The notes under the pieces: generated by a model
The model's database searches: none
What the model was told of the DNA's origin: nothing
What the model saw: only the letters and a program-made list of their open reading frames with translations
Shown: one piece after another, positions 26,896 to 41,305 of the stretch
Position numbering within the stretch: the first letter of the stretch is position 1
Layout: every line of letters begins with the position of its first letter
Assembly: GCF_009914755.1 (NCBI RefSeq)
Contig: NC_060932.1
Reading direction: 5' to 3' (one strand)
Length of the DNA: 64,000 bases
Source of the DNA: the human T2T-CHM13v2.0 reference genome, Homo sapiens
Translations under genes and position numbers: made by a program

Positions 26896-27120
26896 AAAAG
26901 AATCAGTGGTATCCAGCCACGCACATTCCAAAGGGTAAACACATATGCACCAAGAAGATTTTCTTGCGTTAATATTTCCAAAATAATGTGTCTGGAATTC
27001 CGGTTGATATTAGCATCTTTATAAGAAACTAGATAATTGTAATATCACTGTGTACTAGAAGCTGTGATAAAAAGTGATGCAGAATAATGTGACAATTGAT
27101 TACTGAATACACATATAGTA

Positions 27121-27195
27121 TTTCTCAATATTCATTTTTTATCTCAATATTCATTCATTTTAAAATGAATATTCATTTTTCTCAATATTCATTTT
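27121..27195. repeat. Mixed direct/inverted short repeat of TCTCAATATTCATTTT
   Basis: Three direct copies plus overlapping 18-bp palindromes at 27153-70 and 27162-79. Confidence 0.85.
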
Positions 27196-28766
27196 ATTGC
27201 AAAGTATCAAGATGTGGTTAGATTCATATTATTCTGAAAACACTGATGAGCTCATCTTTTTCATGTCTACATAGAGGCCAAATTGACCAGGTTCATGACC
27301 AGTACAAACATTTCAGCTATTTTAGCAGTCAGTACCAATCACTCTAGCTAAATTGGTCTGTCCATGATTAATATCAATTGCTAAGCTGAAAAGTTTATGT
27401 GAATGCTTAGGCTGCAGTCAAGTGGTCATGTGAGTTAGGTAAACATCAGTGGGGTAATATTATCGATAATATGTTATCTGTTTTCCCATTATAATCTTTA
27501 TTGGATTAAGAGTCTAACATATATTAATAGCTTGATTTTTTAATTAGAAAAAAATTAAAAATGTTTTAACATTATTTAAAACAGTATATTTATGTTGATC
27601 TCTTCCCTTCCTCCATACTTCCCACATAAAAAAGAGAATGGATGCATTCAATTCATATCAACAACATTTATAATGCCACTTACAGCTGTGCCTTAGGCCC
27701 AGAGGAGAACTTGGGAAAAGAAAGTATTTTATTTGTTAAGTGTGAAAAAAGCGTTTTGGTGTTCCTTTTATATTCTACATGTTCATTATTCTTATTACCT
27801 ATGATTTCTCAATATTTGAATGTAACCAACATTGTGATTTTCCTATAAACAAATTATTATTTTTCTTTATAGTTCATCACATTTTACCCAACATTAACAA
27901 TCTATCGTGCTGTTAACTGACGTGAATGTCTCTAAATAGATTCATTGGTATTTGTTCTTATTTTAACACATTTTATTTAATATAAATAATATTTTTTAAA
28001 CATTTCCAATTATTTACAGAGTTTAAGGAAAATGATTGAAGCACTGTTAAATACCTAGCAGCAACACTTTGTGTTCTTCAGGTTTTGTCTGGGTGTCATA
28101 TCCTGGTCAACAGCCCCAAAGTATTTCTTGGAGGTAGAAAAAAAATGGAGATCTGATAAACAGCAAAACTGAAGGGCAGATTGCAAGCAAGGACCCAGGT
28201 TTCTATCAGCGTTGACTTTTGAACAAAACACGATCGTTTAGGAAGTCTGCTTCTGTTTATGTACTGAAAATATCTGTTCTATATTCTATAGTGATCACTG
28301 GTCAATTTAAAGTTAACACACGCACGCACACACACAACATATGTATTCGGTCCATCATATGGATAAGATAATTTGAATACAGATTTGCAGTCCATAATGA
28401 AAAGAGAGACTTGAAATTTTAAATTCTGAAGTTATAAGAAAGATCATATACTTCCTGAGTTCTATAAATTCACCAAGCTTTATGGATGAGTTGAAATCAT
28501 CCATAAAGGCCCTGAAATAGACTTCCTGTATGCGTCCCTCCACTCTTCACTCCTCAATATGCGGGCAGGAGCCATTAAAGAAATGACATCTGCCCAAGGA
28601 AAATACATTTTGTTCATAATCTCCTCCAAGTTTCAGAAGGTAAATTCTTTGAAATCTTTGTAATTATGGCATATTGATTTATGTGTTCATGAAGATATCA
28701 AATGTATTGATTTGAGTTTCCTTGTAAAATTATAAAAGACTAATAAAGCCATTCTACAAACACAGT

Positions 28767-28790
28767 AAAACAAAACAAAACAAAACAAAA
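28767..28790. repeat. (CAAAA)n
   Basis: Direct reading. Confidence 0.85.
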
Positions 28791-29667
28791 AGTGCACTTT
28801 TAATCTGGTCTCTATCTACTCTTGGCTGAATCTGTCATTGAAGAATAATGCTGATGTTTCACCCGCTGTTTCTCAGCCTGCCACGTTGCCTAAAGACACT
28901 CTCCAGATTGTTCCAATGTTTCCTTAGTATTTTTTGTTAGCGATCTATAATGTCAAATATGTTTTGTTAACTAATACAATGAAAAGTCTCATTTTTCTTT
29001 AATATATTGCTACTCTGCCACTATTTGGGAATAACGTGACTTTTGCTCACTACCAGATACTAAAGTTTCATAAAAGAATATGTTGTTGCATTTGACATTT
29101 AGTCACTGAATAAAAAAGTAGTGGCCAAGATATGGCCAGCCGCTGAGAATAGTACTTTGTATTGGTTAACTTAATTAATTTACCTTTAATAATAATGTCT
29201 GAGACTGGTGGCTATCATTTAAGACTCTATGCCCATTTGTCGCTCGTTACTTCAGCAGACATTTATTGAGCATCTAATATAGTTTTCATATGGGTCAAGA
29301 CTAAAAAGATTAAATACTAGTGCTTTCATGTCCTTTGTATAGTTTAAGACATATTTGTCCAGAAAGTGCTATGTTTAATTAAATGTAGTTAAGTACTCTG
29401 AGTTAAAAGAGAAAATTTTTAATAAATCTTTCATAGTTTCTAATTTTATCTTATCATTCATTATATAGGTGTACCCCACAAACTAGTCTATCAAAAATCA
29501 GTCTGTTAAAAACTGTAACATAAATGAATAATCTTTGTGGTGACCTGCAGAACCTTGCTTTGGAATCAAAGAAAATAATGCCATAATTGAATAGCCAATT
29601 CTCTTCCCTGTTTAATGCACTGAGTAACAATAGGCATTAACAGCCTTATCAAATAACTACTTCAAAA

Positions 29668-29790
29668 CCAGAGTCCAATCTCTTACAAGTTATGTGATCT
29701 GAGGTAGGTATATCAACTATTTCAAACTTCCGTCCCATTTTCATGTGAATATTTCTCCCCATAAGATTGTTGTAAAAGCATTTCACAAGT
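29668..29790 (+). mobile_element. MIR fragment
   Basis: CTTACAAGTTATGTGATCTGAGGTAGGT...CCCATAAGATTGTTGTAA. Confidence 0.45.
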
Positions 29791-30621
29791 AATAATCATT
29801 TTGCATGTTGAAGAAATGATAATAATAATAGTAATAAAATATAATAATTGGAATGTTCATGCCTAATCTAAAAGCTACAAACTTAATGCTTTATCTCTGA
29901 AAAAATACAATCCATTTAAAGTTAAGCATATATTGCTTTCTTTCTTAGAATGTTGTACAACATTCTAAAGTTTTTACCGATTATGGGTGTATATGGTACT
30001 AATATATAGCAGACGTATAGAGACTGATTATTTCTAACCCAAATATCACCATTAAATGACCTTAAATTAGGGTTTTGTTCACCTTGAATTATGTGAGCAG
30101 TGAAAATTTTATGTACGTATTTTCAGGATTGATTATCTGATTATTGATTATCATCTAGAGACATTTTTAAATTATAACTTGCACTCAAATGCTCCTTATA
30201 GTTAGTTATAGTGCTAATAAGCTATTTGTCTTAACACTAAGCACCAATCTATTAAAAACTGTGACATAAATTAATAATCATTGGTGGCGATTGGCAGAAA
30301 ATAATCTATATAAAATTACCGCAAAAAAAAATCAAGGGTGAAGTTACAAAAATTGAAAACGAATGCTACGAAATGTTTAAAAATGGGGAAGCTAATAACA
30401 GTAAAAGTCTTAACATGTTACTATTTCTTATTTCTGGAAGCAGAAAGGATGTTATGAAAAATACAAGTGCCATTATATAAGACTAGTAGGGATCTGTTAG
30501 TGCCTGCTCTTATCTAGAAAATATTACATATTATCATATCTGTAAAGGCAATCGTTTTTATGACTTTTTTTGTAACTTTGGTTATTGTTAACATTTGCTT
30601 AACTTTTTTTGTTAGACTTGT

Positions 30622-31368
30622 ATTTTTCTTTTTTTTTCTTTAAATTCAAACTGTGGTAAAACACATGTAACATGTAAAGTTACAATCTTAATGATATTTA
30701 AGTTTACTGTTGAGTAGTATTAAGTACATTCACATTGCTATACATACAATCCCCAGAACTCTTTTTGTCTTGCAAAATTGACATTTTTACCTTTTAATCA
30801 ACTCCCCATTCCCTTCTTCCCCCAGGTTCTAGCAATTACCTTTCCACTTTCTGTCTCTATTAATTTGGTTATTTTAGGTACCTCACATAAATGGAATCAT
30901 ACAGTATTTATTTTTTGTGACTGTGTTGTTTCACTTAATGTACGTCCTCAAGTTTCATCCATGTTACAGCATGTGTTGAAATGTCCTTCCTTTTTAAGGC
31001 TCGATAATATTTCATTAACATACATATCATTTTCTGTTCATCCAGTTATTCTTTGATGGACACTTGAGTTGCTTACACCTTTCACTATTGTGAATAATGC
31101 TGCTGTGCATGTAAGTGTACAAATATCTTTGCGATGCTGCTTTTATGTCTTTTGGGCACATACAGAGAGACAGAATTGATGTATATTTATTACACAGTAG
31201 TTCTATTTTTAAATTTGTGAGGAACTGCCTTACTGTTTTCCATAGTGGCTGCACAACTTGACATTCCTACCAACAGTGTGTAAAGACTCCAACTTCTCTG
31301 TATTGCACCTAACACTGGCTATTTTCTATTTTGTTTGTTTTTAGTAATGATACTAATGAGTATGAGGT
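30622..31368 (-). mobile_element. L1MB3-like 3' end
   Basis: TGTGGTAAAACACAT...GTATTAAGTACATTCACATTG...CCAGAACTCTTTTTGTCTTGCAAAA; ORF2 C-terminal-like MQPLWKTVRQFLTNLKIEL on the minus strand. Confidence 0.88.
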
Positions 31369-31524
31369 TTTATGACTTTCAACCAATAGCTGGTTGTTAC
31401 ACATTTCCATTTATAAATTTGCTTCAAAATGTAGTGGCTGAATCATTTATTGTGTGCTTTACTATACTTTATTTTTTAAAGGAAGATCTCAGATCCACTA
31501 AAATGTCAACATTGAAATCAAGAT

Positions 31525-31578
31525 AAAGAGGAGAAAGAGGAGGAAAAAAGAGGAGGGTAGAGGAGGGGGTAAGAGAGA
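31525..31578. repeat. (GGA/GAG)n purine tract
   Basis: Direct reading. Confidence 0.75.
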
Positions 31579-31854
31579 AATGTTCATACCAGTGGGATAG
31601 AAGAGTATGTGAACTAAATAATGCAGTGGTAACTGCATGAATCAAATTCTAAGTGGTATGACAAATGGTAATAACTGATGAGTACTCCCCACTCTTAGCA
31701 TCATAAAGATGTTGTATCTTTAACCAAATTATGAATGACTGAAACAGGATTATACAGTGGAGAATCAATGTATATTTTTTAAGGACAAAATTATTTTTGT
31801 AGATTTAAAATATTACAGTAATTCATCTTGGCATTATGCTAGATATCCATACAG

Positions 31855-31985
31855 AAAAAAGACTCTGGTGTCAAATAAATGACTCCAAATTCAGTTGTGC
31901 TACTTAGTAGTACTCATATGAGTTTTGTAATTCTCATTTTTTCTCTACTTCGTAATGAGACTAATAATGCCTTTGCAGACTGAAG
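31855..31985 (+). mobile_element. MIR fragment
   Basis: GACTCTGGTGTCAAA...CTACTTAGTAG...CTCATTTTTTCTCT..GTAATGAGACTAATAATGCCT. Confidence 0.5.
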
Positions 31986-32557
31986 TTAAATAAAGCTATC
32001 TCTATTTGCAGATGACATAATCTTGTGTATATGGTATTCTAAAGACCCACTAAAATTGTTTAAGAACCAATAAACAAAGGTGTCAAAGATGCAGGATACA
32101 ATATCAATGTACAAAATCAATTGTATTTCTATACACTATTAGACGGATAATTAAAAATAAAATCAAGGGTTAATTCTATCTACATTTACATAAAAAATAC
32201 CTAAGAATAAATTTAACACAAATTAAATCAGAGTATGCAAAGCACATACTCTGAAAACTACAAGACATTGCCGAAAGAAGTTAGAGAAGTAAATAATGCA
32301 AAAAGAAGTCACGTTCATGGATCAAGAAACTTAATAGTGTAAATGTAGCAATGTTCCTCAAATTGATCTACAAAGTAAATGCAATCTCTATCAAAATCCC
32401 AACAGGCTTTGTTTCAGAAATTGACAAGTTGATCCTCAGACTGGTATGGAAATACAAAACAATCCTTAAAGAGCTAAAATTATACTTAAAAAAGTGAGGA
32501 TTTAAACTACTCAACTTCAAAAGTTATAATAAAGCTACAGTAATCAAAATTGTGTGT

Positions 32558-32845
32558 TGCCAGGTACAGTGGCTCATGCTTGTAATCCCAGAGTTTTTGG
32601 AGGCCAAGACAGAACTGCTTGAGCTCAAGAGTTTGAAACCAGCCTGGGCAACATAATGAGATCTCATCTCTACAAACAATTAAAGTATTAGCCAAGCAAG
32701 GTGGTTTACATGACTGGCTACTAGGGAAGCTGAGGTGAGAGCATTGCTGAAGCCCTGGAGTTTGAGGTTACAGTGAGCTATGACCACGCCACAGCACTGC
32801 AGCCTCTGTGACAGAGAGAGACCTTAACTCTTAAAAAAAGTAAAA
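32558..32845 (+). mobile_element. AluJ
   Basis: GGAGTTTGAGGTTACAGTGAGCTATGACC; TSD-like A.ATGTGTG on both flanks. Confidence 0.9.
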
Positions 32846-33777
32846 GAATGTGTGACATACTGGCATAAAGATATATATCAATGGAATAGAACTGGGAGTT
32901 CAGAAATAAACTCTTAGGTTAATGCTCAGTTGAATTCTGACAAGGGTGACAAGACAAATCAGAAAAAATAATTTTTTCAACAAGTAGTGTAACATAACAG
33001 GATATCTACGTGCAAAATAATAAAATTGGACACGTTCCTCATGCTATAAACAAAAATTAACTGAAAATGAGTTACAGACCTAACTAATAGCTAAAACTAT
33101 AAAAGCCTTAGAAAAAATATACTAGTAGTAAATTTGTATGTCCTTGTGTAAGACAAAATCTTCTTAGATATGGCACCAAAAGCATAAAGGACAAAATTAA
33201 AAATTAGATAAATTGGACTTCATTAAAATTAAAAACGTATTGCTTCAAATGATAAGAAAATGAAAAGGCAATCTAAAAATCCGAGGAATGCTTGCAAATC
33301 CTTATTTCCAGTAAGACACTTATATCTACATAATATAAATAATTATTTCAATTCAATAAATGAAAAGATAAATAACCCAATAAAAAATGGGCAAAGAATC
33401 TGAGTAGACATTTCTCCAAAAAAGATATGCAAATGTCCAATAATCATATAAAATCACGTTCAACAACATTAATCATAAGATGATTGCAAATGAAAACCAC
33501 AATGAGATATAACACCCACTAGGATTGTTGTAATAAAATAGACATAATAACAAATGTTAGAAATGATATGGTAGAATTGGAAAATTCATACAATTCTCAT
33601 AGAAATGTGAAACGATACAACCAACTTTGGAAAAATGTCTGTCAGTTCCTTAAAACTTTAAACTCACAGTCACTACGTGAACCAGCATTTATACTCAGTA
33701 TTTGCCCAAGAGAAATAACAAATTCGCACACAAATATACATAGGAGCATTATTTATAATAATCAAGACATGGAAAAA

Positions 33778-34086
33778 GACCAGGTGTGGTGACTCACCCT
33801 TGTAATCCCAGCACTTTGAGAAGCCAAGGCAGGAAAATCGCTTGAGCCCAGGAATTTGAGACCAGCTAGGGCAACATAGTGAGACTCACTACTAATTTTC
33901 TAAAAAAATTAAAGATTAGCCAGACCTGGTGGCATGCACTTGTAGTTCCAGCTACTCAGGAGGCTGAGGCAGGAGCATAGTTTCAGCCCAGGAGTCTGAA
34001 GTTGCAGTGAGCTATGACTATGCCACAGTACCCCAGCCTGGGCAATAGAGCAAGACCTTGTCACCAAAAAAAAAAAAAAAAAAAAA
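33778..34086 (+). mobile_element. AluJ
   Basis: CGCTTGAGCCCAGGA, GTGAGCTATGA, GACCTTGTC; A21 tail. Confidence 0.92.
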
Positions 34087-34134
34087 GTAGAGAGAGTCCA
34101 AATGTCCAACTGGTGAATGAATTAACACAATGGG

Positions 34135-34168
34135 ACACACACACACACACACACACAAGCACACACAT
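34135..34168. repeat. (CA)n
   Basis: Direct reading. Confidence 0.9.
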
Positions 34169-34189
34169 AATGGAGGGTTGACTATGCTT

Positions 34190-34765
34190 AGTGGCTTACT
34201 TTCAAAGAGTAGAGTATTCAAAATAAAATTGTGGAGAAACATGAAAACTGCTACATTGGCCAGGCGATCAAAGTGAATATTATAATTGATAAGTCAAGTA
34301 AATAACATGTACTTCCACTATGCTATACCATCGATGCTTCACTTCTATGATATTCTTTCTAAAAACCTGTAACCCTAGTCTAACCATGAGAAAAACACCA
34401 AATCATCCCAAATTAAGGATGTTGGATGAAGTGCCTGTCCAATACACAAAACCGTCAAGTTGGTGAAAAACAAAGTCTGAGAAACAGTCACAGTCAAAAG
34501 GAGCCAAAAGAAATCTGAATACTAAATGTTATGTGCTACCTTGGATGGGATCCTGGAACAGAAAAAAAAAAAGGTAAAAACTGAGCAAATCTGAATAGAA
34601 TATAGACATTTGTTAATAATAATGTATCAATATTGGTTTATGAATGCTAACAGACCACACTAATATGTTAATAATATAAGAAATTGGGTATGCTGTACTC
34701 AATTATATCTTCTCATTTTTTCTAGAAGTCTATAAAATTCCACAAAGTAAACTTTACTAAAATAT
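34190..34765 (+). mobile_element. L1MD/MC-type 3'UTR
   Basis: GTCTAACCATGAGAAAAACA, AGTCTGAGAAACAGTCACAG, GGATGGGATCCTGGAACAGAAAAA, AATAATGTATCAATATTGGTT. Confidence 0.8.
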
Positions 34766-34884
34766 CATAATAAAAAATAATGTTGCTTAATAACAAATCT
34801 AGTCAAAAATAAGCATGACACTCATTAATATAATTGTTTAAATTCACTGACTTAAAATGGTGAATTTTCTACAATTATTATAGA

Positions 34885-35560
<676 letters not shown>

Positions 35561-35599
35561 TGATCAAACTTGCCATCAAAAATATGGAAAATCAGGGTT

Positions 35600-38175
35600 T
35601 AATTTATATACTTGAAGGTATCAGAGAGCACCAATTTAGCCAAGTCCGGAAATATCAAGATCCTAAAGAGAAGGGAAATACAGATTTGTGACAGACCAGT
35701 ATTTATGATTCCTTTTCTCTACCTTTTGCAGAGGCATTTTCCCAACGCAAATGGCAGCATAAGCATCTGAGAATCTGAGCAGCCCTTGCAAGCACCTCAC
35801 AGAAGCTGAAGAAACAAAAGTTGGAGTTCAGAACCTATCAATGTGGAGGCATTCTAGCAATGAACTCTAGAGTTAAGATGGGTCTCCCAAACAAATGAAA
35901 ACAAACTGTGAATAAAACATTCCTTTCAGAAAATAAAAGCAGTCACTGAATGACCTCAATCATTGACCTTAGTATGGACATTTGCCTTTGTCTTAGCTAT
36001 GGCTGAAAAGCTGAGCATGGTTGCCAGTCCCACACTTAAGACAAAAAGAGGAGCTCAGGATCTCTAGGAGGAGGGCATTGTTAAATACTCTTGTTTTTCA
36101 GTTAGTCTTATAAAAGACTCAACAGGGGACTGAGTATGAAGTAGAAAAAGAGAGAAAACTGATAATAGAAATAAACCCAAAGGAGATCCAGATAATGGAA
36201 TATCAGATCTGTCCTTTATAATACCAGTATTTAACATGTTGAATTAAATGGAGAAAATATAGAAATTCAGCAAAGAATGGGAATATAAAAAAGGAACACA
36301 AATGGAAATTTCAGATCTGAAAGATATAATAACTAAAGCCAAGAAACCAATAGAAGAGTTTAACAGCAGATGAGACAGCCTGTATTCTCTCCAAAAAAGA
36401 AAAAAAGACTAATGAGGTGGAAGATAGTTCATTAGATCCAGATTCAAGCCTAGAAAGAGAGGAGGGGAAAAAGGATGGAAACTATACTAACGTGCTTAAG
36501 AGACATATGGAATGTGTTAAAAATGCTTAACATCATCTTTAAAAATAGAGTCTCAGGAGGAAATGGAAAGAAAAGGGTTCATAAGCAATATTTGAAGGAA
36601 AATAAAAGATAATCTTCCAAAATTTGAAAGACATTAAACACTGATTCAAAAAATATAATGAATCACATGCAAAATAAGTGGAAAGAAAACAACTACTAGG
36701 GACATTTTAGGATACCAAAGTTTTAAAAAATATTAAAAAGCAGGCAGAAAGAAAAACATAGATCCCTTACCTACAAGTAATAGAACTGACAGCTGACTTT
36801 TCTACAGAAACAATGAAATCAGATGATAATATAACTGAATTTTCATAAAACTGGTAACAGGGCACTAACTTAGAATCTGATTCCAAGAGAAAATGTGCTT
36901 CACAAGTGAAGATAACATAAAGGCCATTTCAGATACGTGAAAATGAAGAAAACTGATTACTAATGGATCCATACTAATAAAAATACTTAAAGCAATAAAA
37001 AAAAAGATCTCATGTGGAAGTCTGGAAATTCAGATAGAAATAAAAACAAAGATTAAATATATGAATATATGTAGAGAAATCTAAATGAATATTGATTGCA
37101 TTTAACAATAATATTAATACATGTGTGCATTTAAACATTGTGAATAATTAACTGAAAACCACAGGAAAAGAAAGTGGAGGTGAAAAAAGATATCAAAGTG
37201 TTTTTAAAGTCCTTGCATTGTCAAGGGAATATTAAAAGCATTAAGTTAAATGAAACATTAATAAATCCATAATGCATATAGTAATTTCTCATGTAAACAC
37301 TCAAACATTGTTTTAAAAATATGGCAGATAAGATGAATATTAAGGCTGCACATGGTGGCTCACACCTTTAATCCTAGCAATTTGGGAGGCCGAGGCAGGC
37401 AGATCACTTGAGGCCAGGAGTTCGAGACCAGACTGGCCAAGATGGAGAAATCTCATCTCTACAGAAAATACAAAAATTAGCCAGGTTTGGTGGCGCACCT
37501 GTAATCCCAGCTACTCCAGAGGCTGAGGCAAGAGAACGAACCTGGGAGGCTGAGATCACACCACCGCACTGCAGCCTAGATGACAGAGTGAGACTCTGTC
37601 TCAAAAAAATAAAAAATAAAAAATAAAGATGCATATTAATAGTCTTAATCCAAATATGAAAAAAGGATAAAATAGGAAATATAAAGCAGGTGGGAAAACA
37701 CTGCAAATAATAAGATGGCAGATTTAAACACAAATTGATGAAGAACTGTACTAAATGTACCAACTGAAAGATAAAAATTGTCAGATTGTATTTGTGAAAT
37801 AAAGACATAATTCAAAATTTAATAAGCCAAAAAGAAAAACAAGCAGGCAAAAAAGGATTTCAAAGAAAAGACAAAGAGCAAGATGGTAAATTTAAATAGA
37901 AATTTATTAATAACTGTTCAGCATGAACAAAATAAATACCCTAATTTAAAATAAATAAAAATGATTTTGCTTGATTAGAAAAATGAAATTCAACTATAGG
38001 CTGATACTAATATTAGAAGTAATAGACACTAAAATGACAAGCATGATAAGAGATGCGGCATTTTGAAACGATAAAGGAGTCAACCAACTCAGAAGTTATT
38101 CCATCCAAAACATGAAAATACTAAATACAGTGGTCTCAAAATATATAAAGTAAAAATAAACAAAGCTGCAACAAT
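35600..38175 (+). mobile_element. Old L1M 5'UTR/ORF1/ORF2-start remnant
   Basis: ORF1 motif IELTADFSTETM at about 36779-36815; GTTTAACAGCAGATGAGACAGC; endonuclease-like TCAACTATAGGCTG. Confidence 0.7.
37344..37625 (+). mobile_element. AluSz-like with right-arm deletions
   Basis: CACTTGAGGCCAGGAGTTCG; TSD AAGATG(A/C)ATATTAA at 37330-43 and 37626-39. Confidence 0.93.
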
Positions 38176-38908
<733 letters not shown>

Positions 38909-38913
38909 ATATC

Positions 38914-38994
38914 GTGTGTGTGTGTGTGTATATATATATATATGTGTGTGTGTATGATATATATATGTGTATACACACACACACATATATATAT
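38914..38994. repeat. Compound (TG)n(TA)n(CA)n microsatellite, self-complementary
   Basis: TG runs on the left, CA run on the right, TA spacers. Confidence 0.92.
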
Positions 38995-39009
38995 TCAAAA
39001 AGCAAAGAA

Positions 39010-40005
39010 AAACACAAAAGATGCAAAAAGGTAAATGAGAAATCAAACCCAATAGTGAAAAAAGATATTGAAAGTGTATATGATCTAAAAAAAAACTTGT
39101 ATCCAGAAAACATAAAGAACCTCTGCAAATCAGTAAGAAAAAGAGAGCCAACTCAATTTTCAAAAACAGACCAAAAGCATAATCAAGAAAGTTACAACAA
39201 AGATTAAAAACTTATTAAAATGTGATCTATTTTATATATCATCTGGAAATGCAAATTAAAACCCAAATAGCATACCAGTCAATATCCAACATCATAGCTA
39301 AAAGTTAAAAGATAGAAAATACCAAATTTTAGTAAAGATCAAGTTTCATCCCTAATAATGGGATGATCCATTATGGGACTATCATGCCCTGCTAATGGGA
39401 GTATAAATTGGTATGATTATTTTGGAAAGCTGCTTGACAGTCTTGACTAAATCTAAAAAAGAGCATGCCCTATGACCTACCAATTCTACTCTTGGTATAT
39501 AACACGAAAATTGTGTGCATATGTGTATCAAAAACTTTCTAAGGCAAATTCACAGCATCCTTACTCATAATATTCAGAAACTGGAAAGAGTCCGAATCTA
39601 CATTAGAAGTAGAAAAAACAAATACATTGTGGGGTATTCAAAATGTAATACTATAGAGTGATTAAATAAATAAACTGATGCTACAAACAAAAACACAGAT
39701 AAGTCTTACCTAATGTTGAGGAAAATTATTCAGGCACAGTCACATAAAAATACTGAATAAATTCCCTTTATATAAAGTTCAAAAACTGACAACATTAATC
39801 TATTAGACTAAAAACTAGAATGCTAGTTAACATTGCAAACAATAGTGAGAAGGACAGCTTTTGGTGTAATTCTGGGGTAATGACAATTTCTATTTCTTCA
39901 TCTGGATGGTAGTAAAAGATGTACGTTCACCTTGTGAAAATCCATCAAGCTTCACTCTGCTTTGTGTACGTTATTCTTCAATATAAAAATTTACCTTAAA
40001 ATTAA
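39010..40005 (+). mobile_element. L1ME-type 3' end
   Basis: CTTGTATCCAGAAAACATAAAGAAC, GAAATGCAAATTAAAACC, CCCTATGACCTACCAATTCTACTC, GTGAAAATCCATCAAGC. Confidence 0.8.
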
Positions 40006-41305
40006 GTAAATTTAGGATAATATTATTATGACTTTGTAAGACTAAATGTGATAAAGGAAAACATTGATAAATTTGATTCCGTAAACAAAGATAAAAGGTA
40101 AGCCTTAGATTGTAAAAGATAATTGCAATAGTTAAAAATAATAAAGAACTAGCATCAAGATTTTATAAACTCTGACAACCAAATCTAAAAAAAGAAAAGA
40201 AATTGTTCATAGGTTATGAACAAGAAATTCATAGAAGATAAAAACTAAATTGTCAATGAGAAAATATTTAATCTCCCTAGAAAACAAGGGGTTGTAAAAC
40301 CACCACCACACCACCACCACGAGATATCACTTCAAACCAATATTGGAAAAATAGGAAGTATATTAATATGATAAGATATTAATAAAAGTCTTAATAGTTC
40401 TGAAGCTGCAACTTATAAATTTGAGCATTCTCATTGTGAAAAAGAATATGTAAATATGTTACTTTTGAAAATTTTACATAACTCTAAAGTGTGAAAACAA
40501 GGATTTGGGTGGGAGCCATTTCAGATGAAGATGCCTGTATATATCTTAACTTTCATTAACTTCATGGTAGATCTGCTTCTGTACCCAAGCAAGAATGCTT
40601 GGAACTCAGAAGTAGTGTAAAATGTGGGGGTGGTGAGGAATAGAAATAGGTATGGCCAAGTTGGAATTTCGGGAATAATAACACCCATTTGTTAATCTAA
40701 TTATTGAACTAAGTAAGATACATAAAGTCATCAGGCAAAGAAGATCAAAATCTTGTGCTTACTACTGAAGTCTAACTTGGAGATCACAGCTTAAATGCAT
40801 GATTGTATTGTGCTTCCTAGTACTGAATCCCAGGATGAAGCTGACTCACCAATCAGCCACAGCCAGTGAAAGTAACTGCAGGCTTTCTCTTCAGTGGCCT
40901 TTACTTAGCCTCTCACGTTGCCAAGAGTAATCAGGAAAGAACACATTCAGGAAAAGTCCTAAGAGAATTAAAAGAGGAAGATGGGAGAGTTATGAATGCC
41001 CAGTTCCTCATTCCAAAATCACCAAATAATCCTTTCCATTTCCCCAGAGGAGGAGCAAGAGAGAAGGTGGGAAGAATTCAATTCTATAATTGTCTCTTCA
41101 TATGAAAGGAAACATCAAGCTTGGTATATTGTTTCCTGCACTGTCAATCTGCTTAGAAGAGAATGTGCAATATTAAATAAAATTGAAGACTACATGTCCT
41201 ATGATATGTCTAGTCTACTATAACGTCTATATCCTAGAACTGTGATTCTACACAAAAGGTATGCTTGGAAAGATAAGCACATAAACAAAACAACTAATGT
41301 ACTCC

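Larger units (their letters stand above)
31988..34130 (+). mobile_element. L1MB/MC-type ORF2 3' half, with two AluJ insertions
   Basis: CTATTTGCAGATGACATAATC (LFADDII), TCTGAAAACTACAAGACATTG, GGGCAAAGAATCTGAGTAGACATTTCTCCAAA. Confidence 0.85.

Noticed and set aside
27121-27195. CRISPR-like repeat array
   Set aside because: No unique spacers, irregular period, eukaryotic context, no cas genes
23195-32020. Three L1 breakpoints near the FADD codons (23195, about 25326, about 31990)
   Set aside because: Different subfamilies and ages; the conserved motif biases where I can recognise boundaries; likely coincidence
38914-38994. Hairpin as a miRNA precursor
   Set aside because: Complementarity arises only from TG/CA/TA dinucleotide repeats
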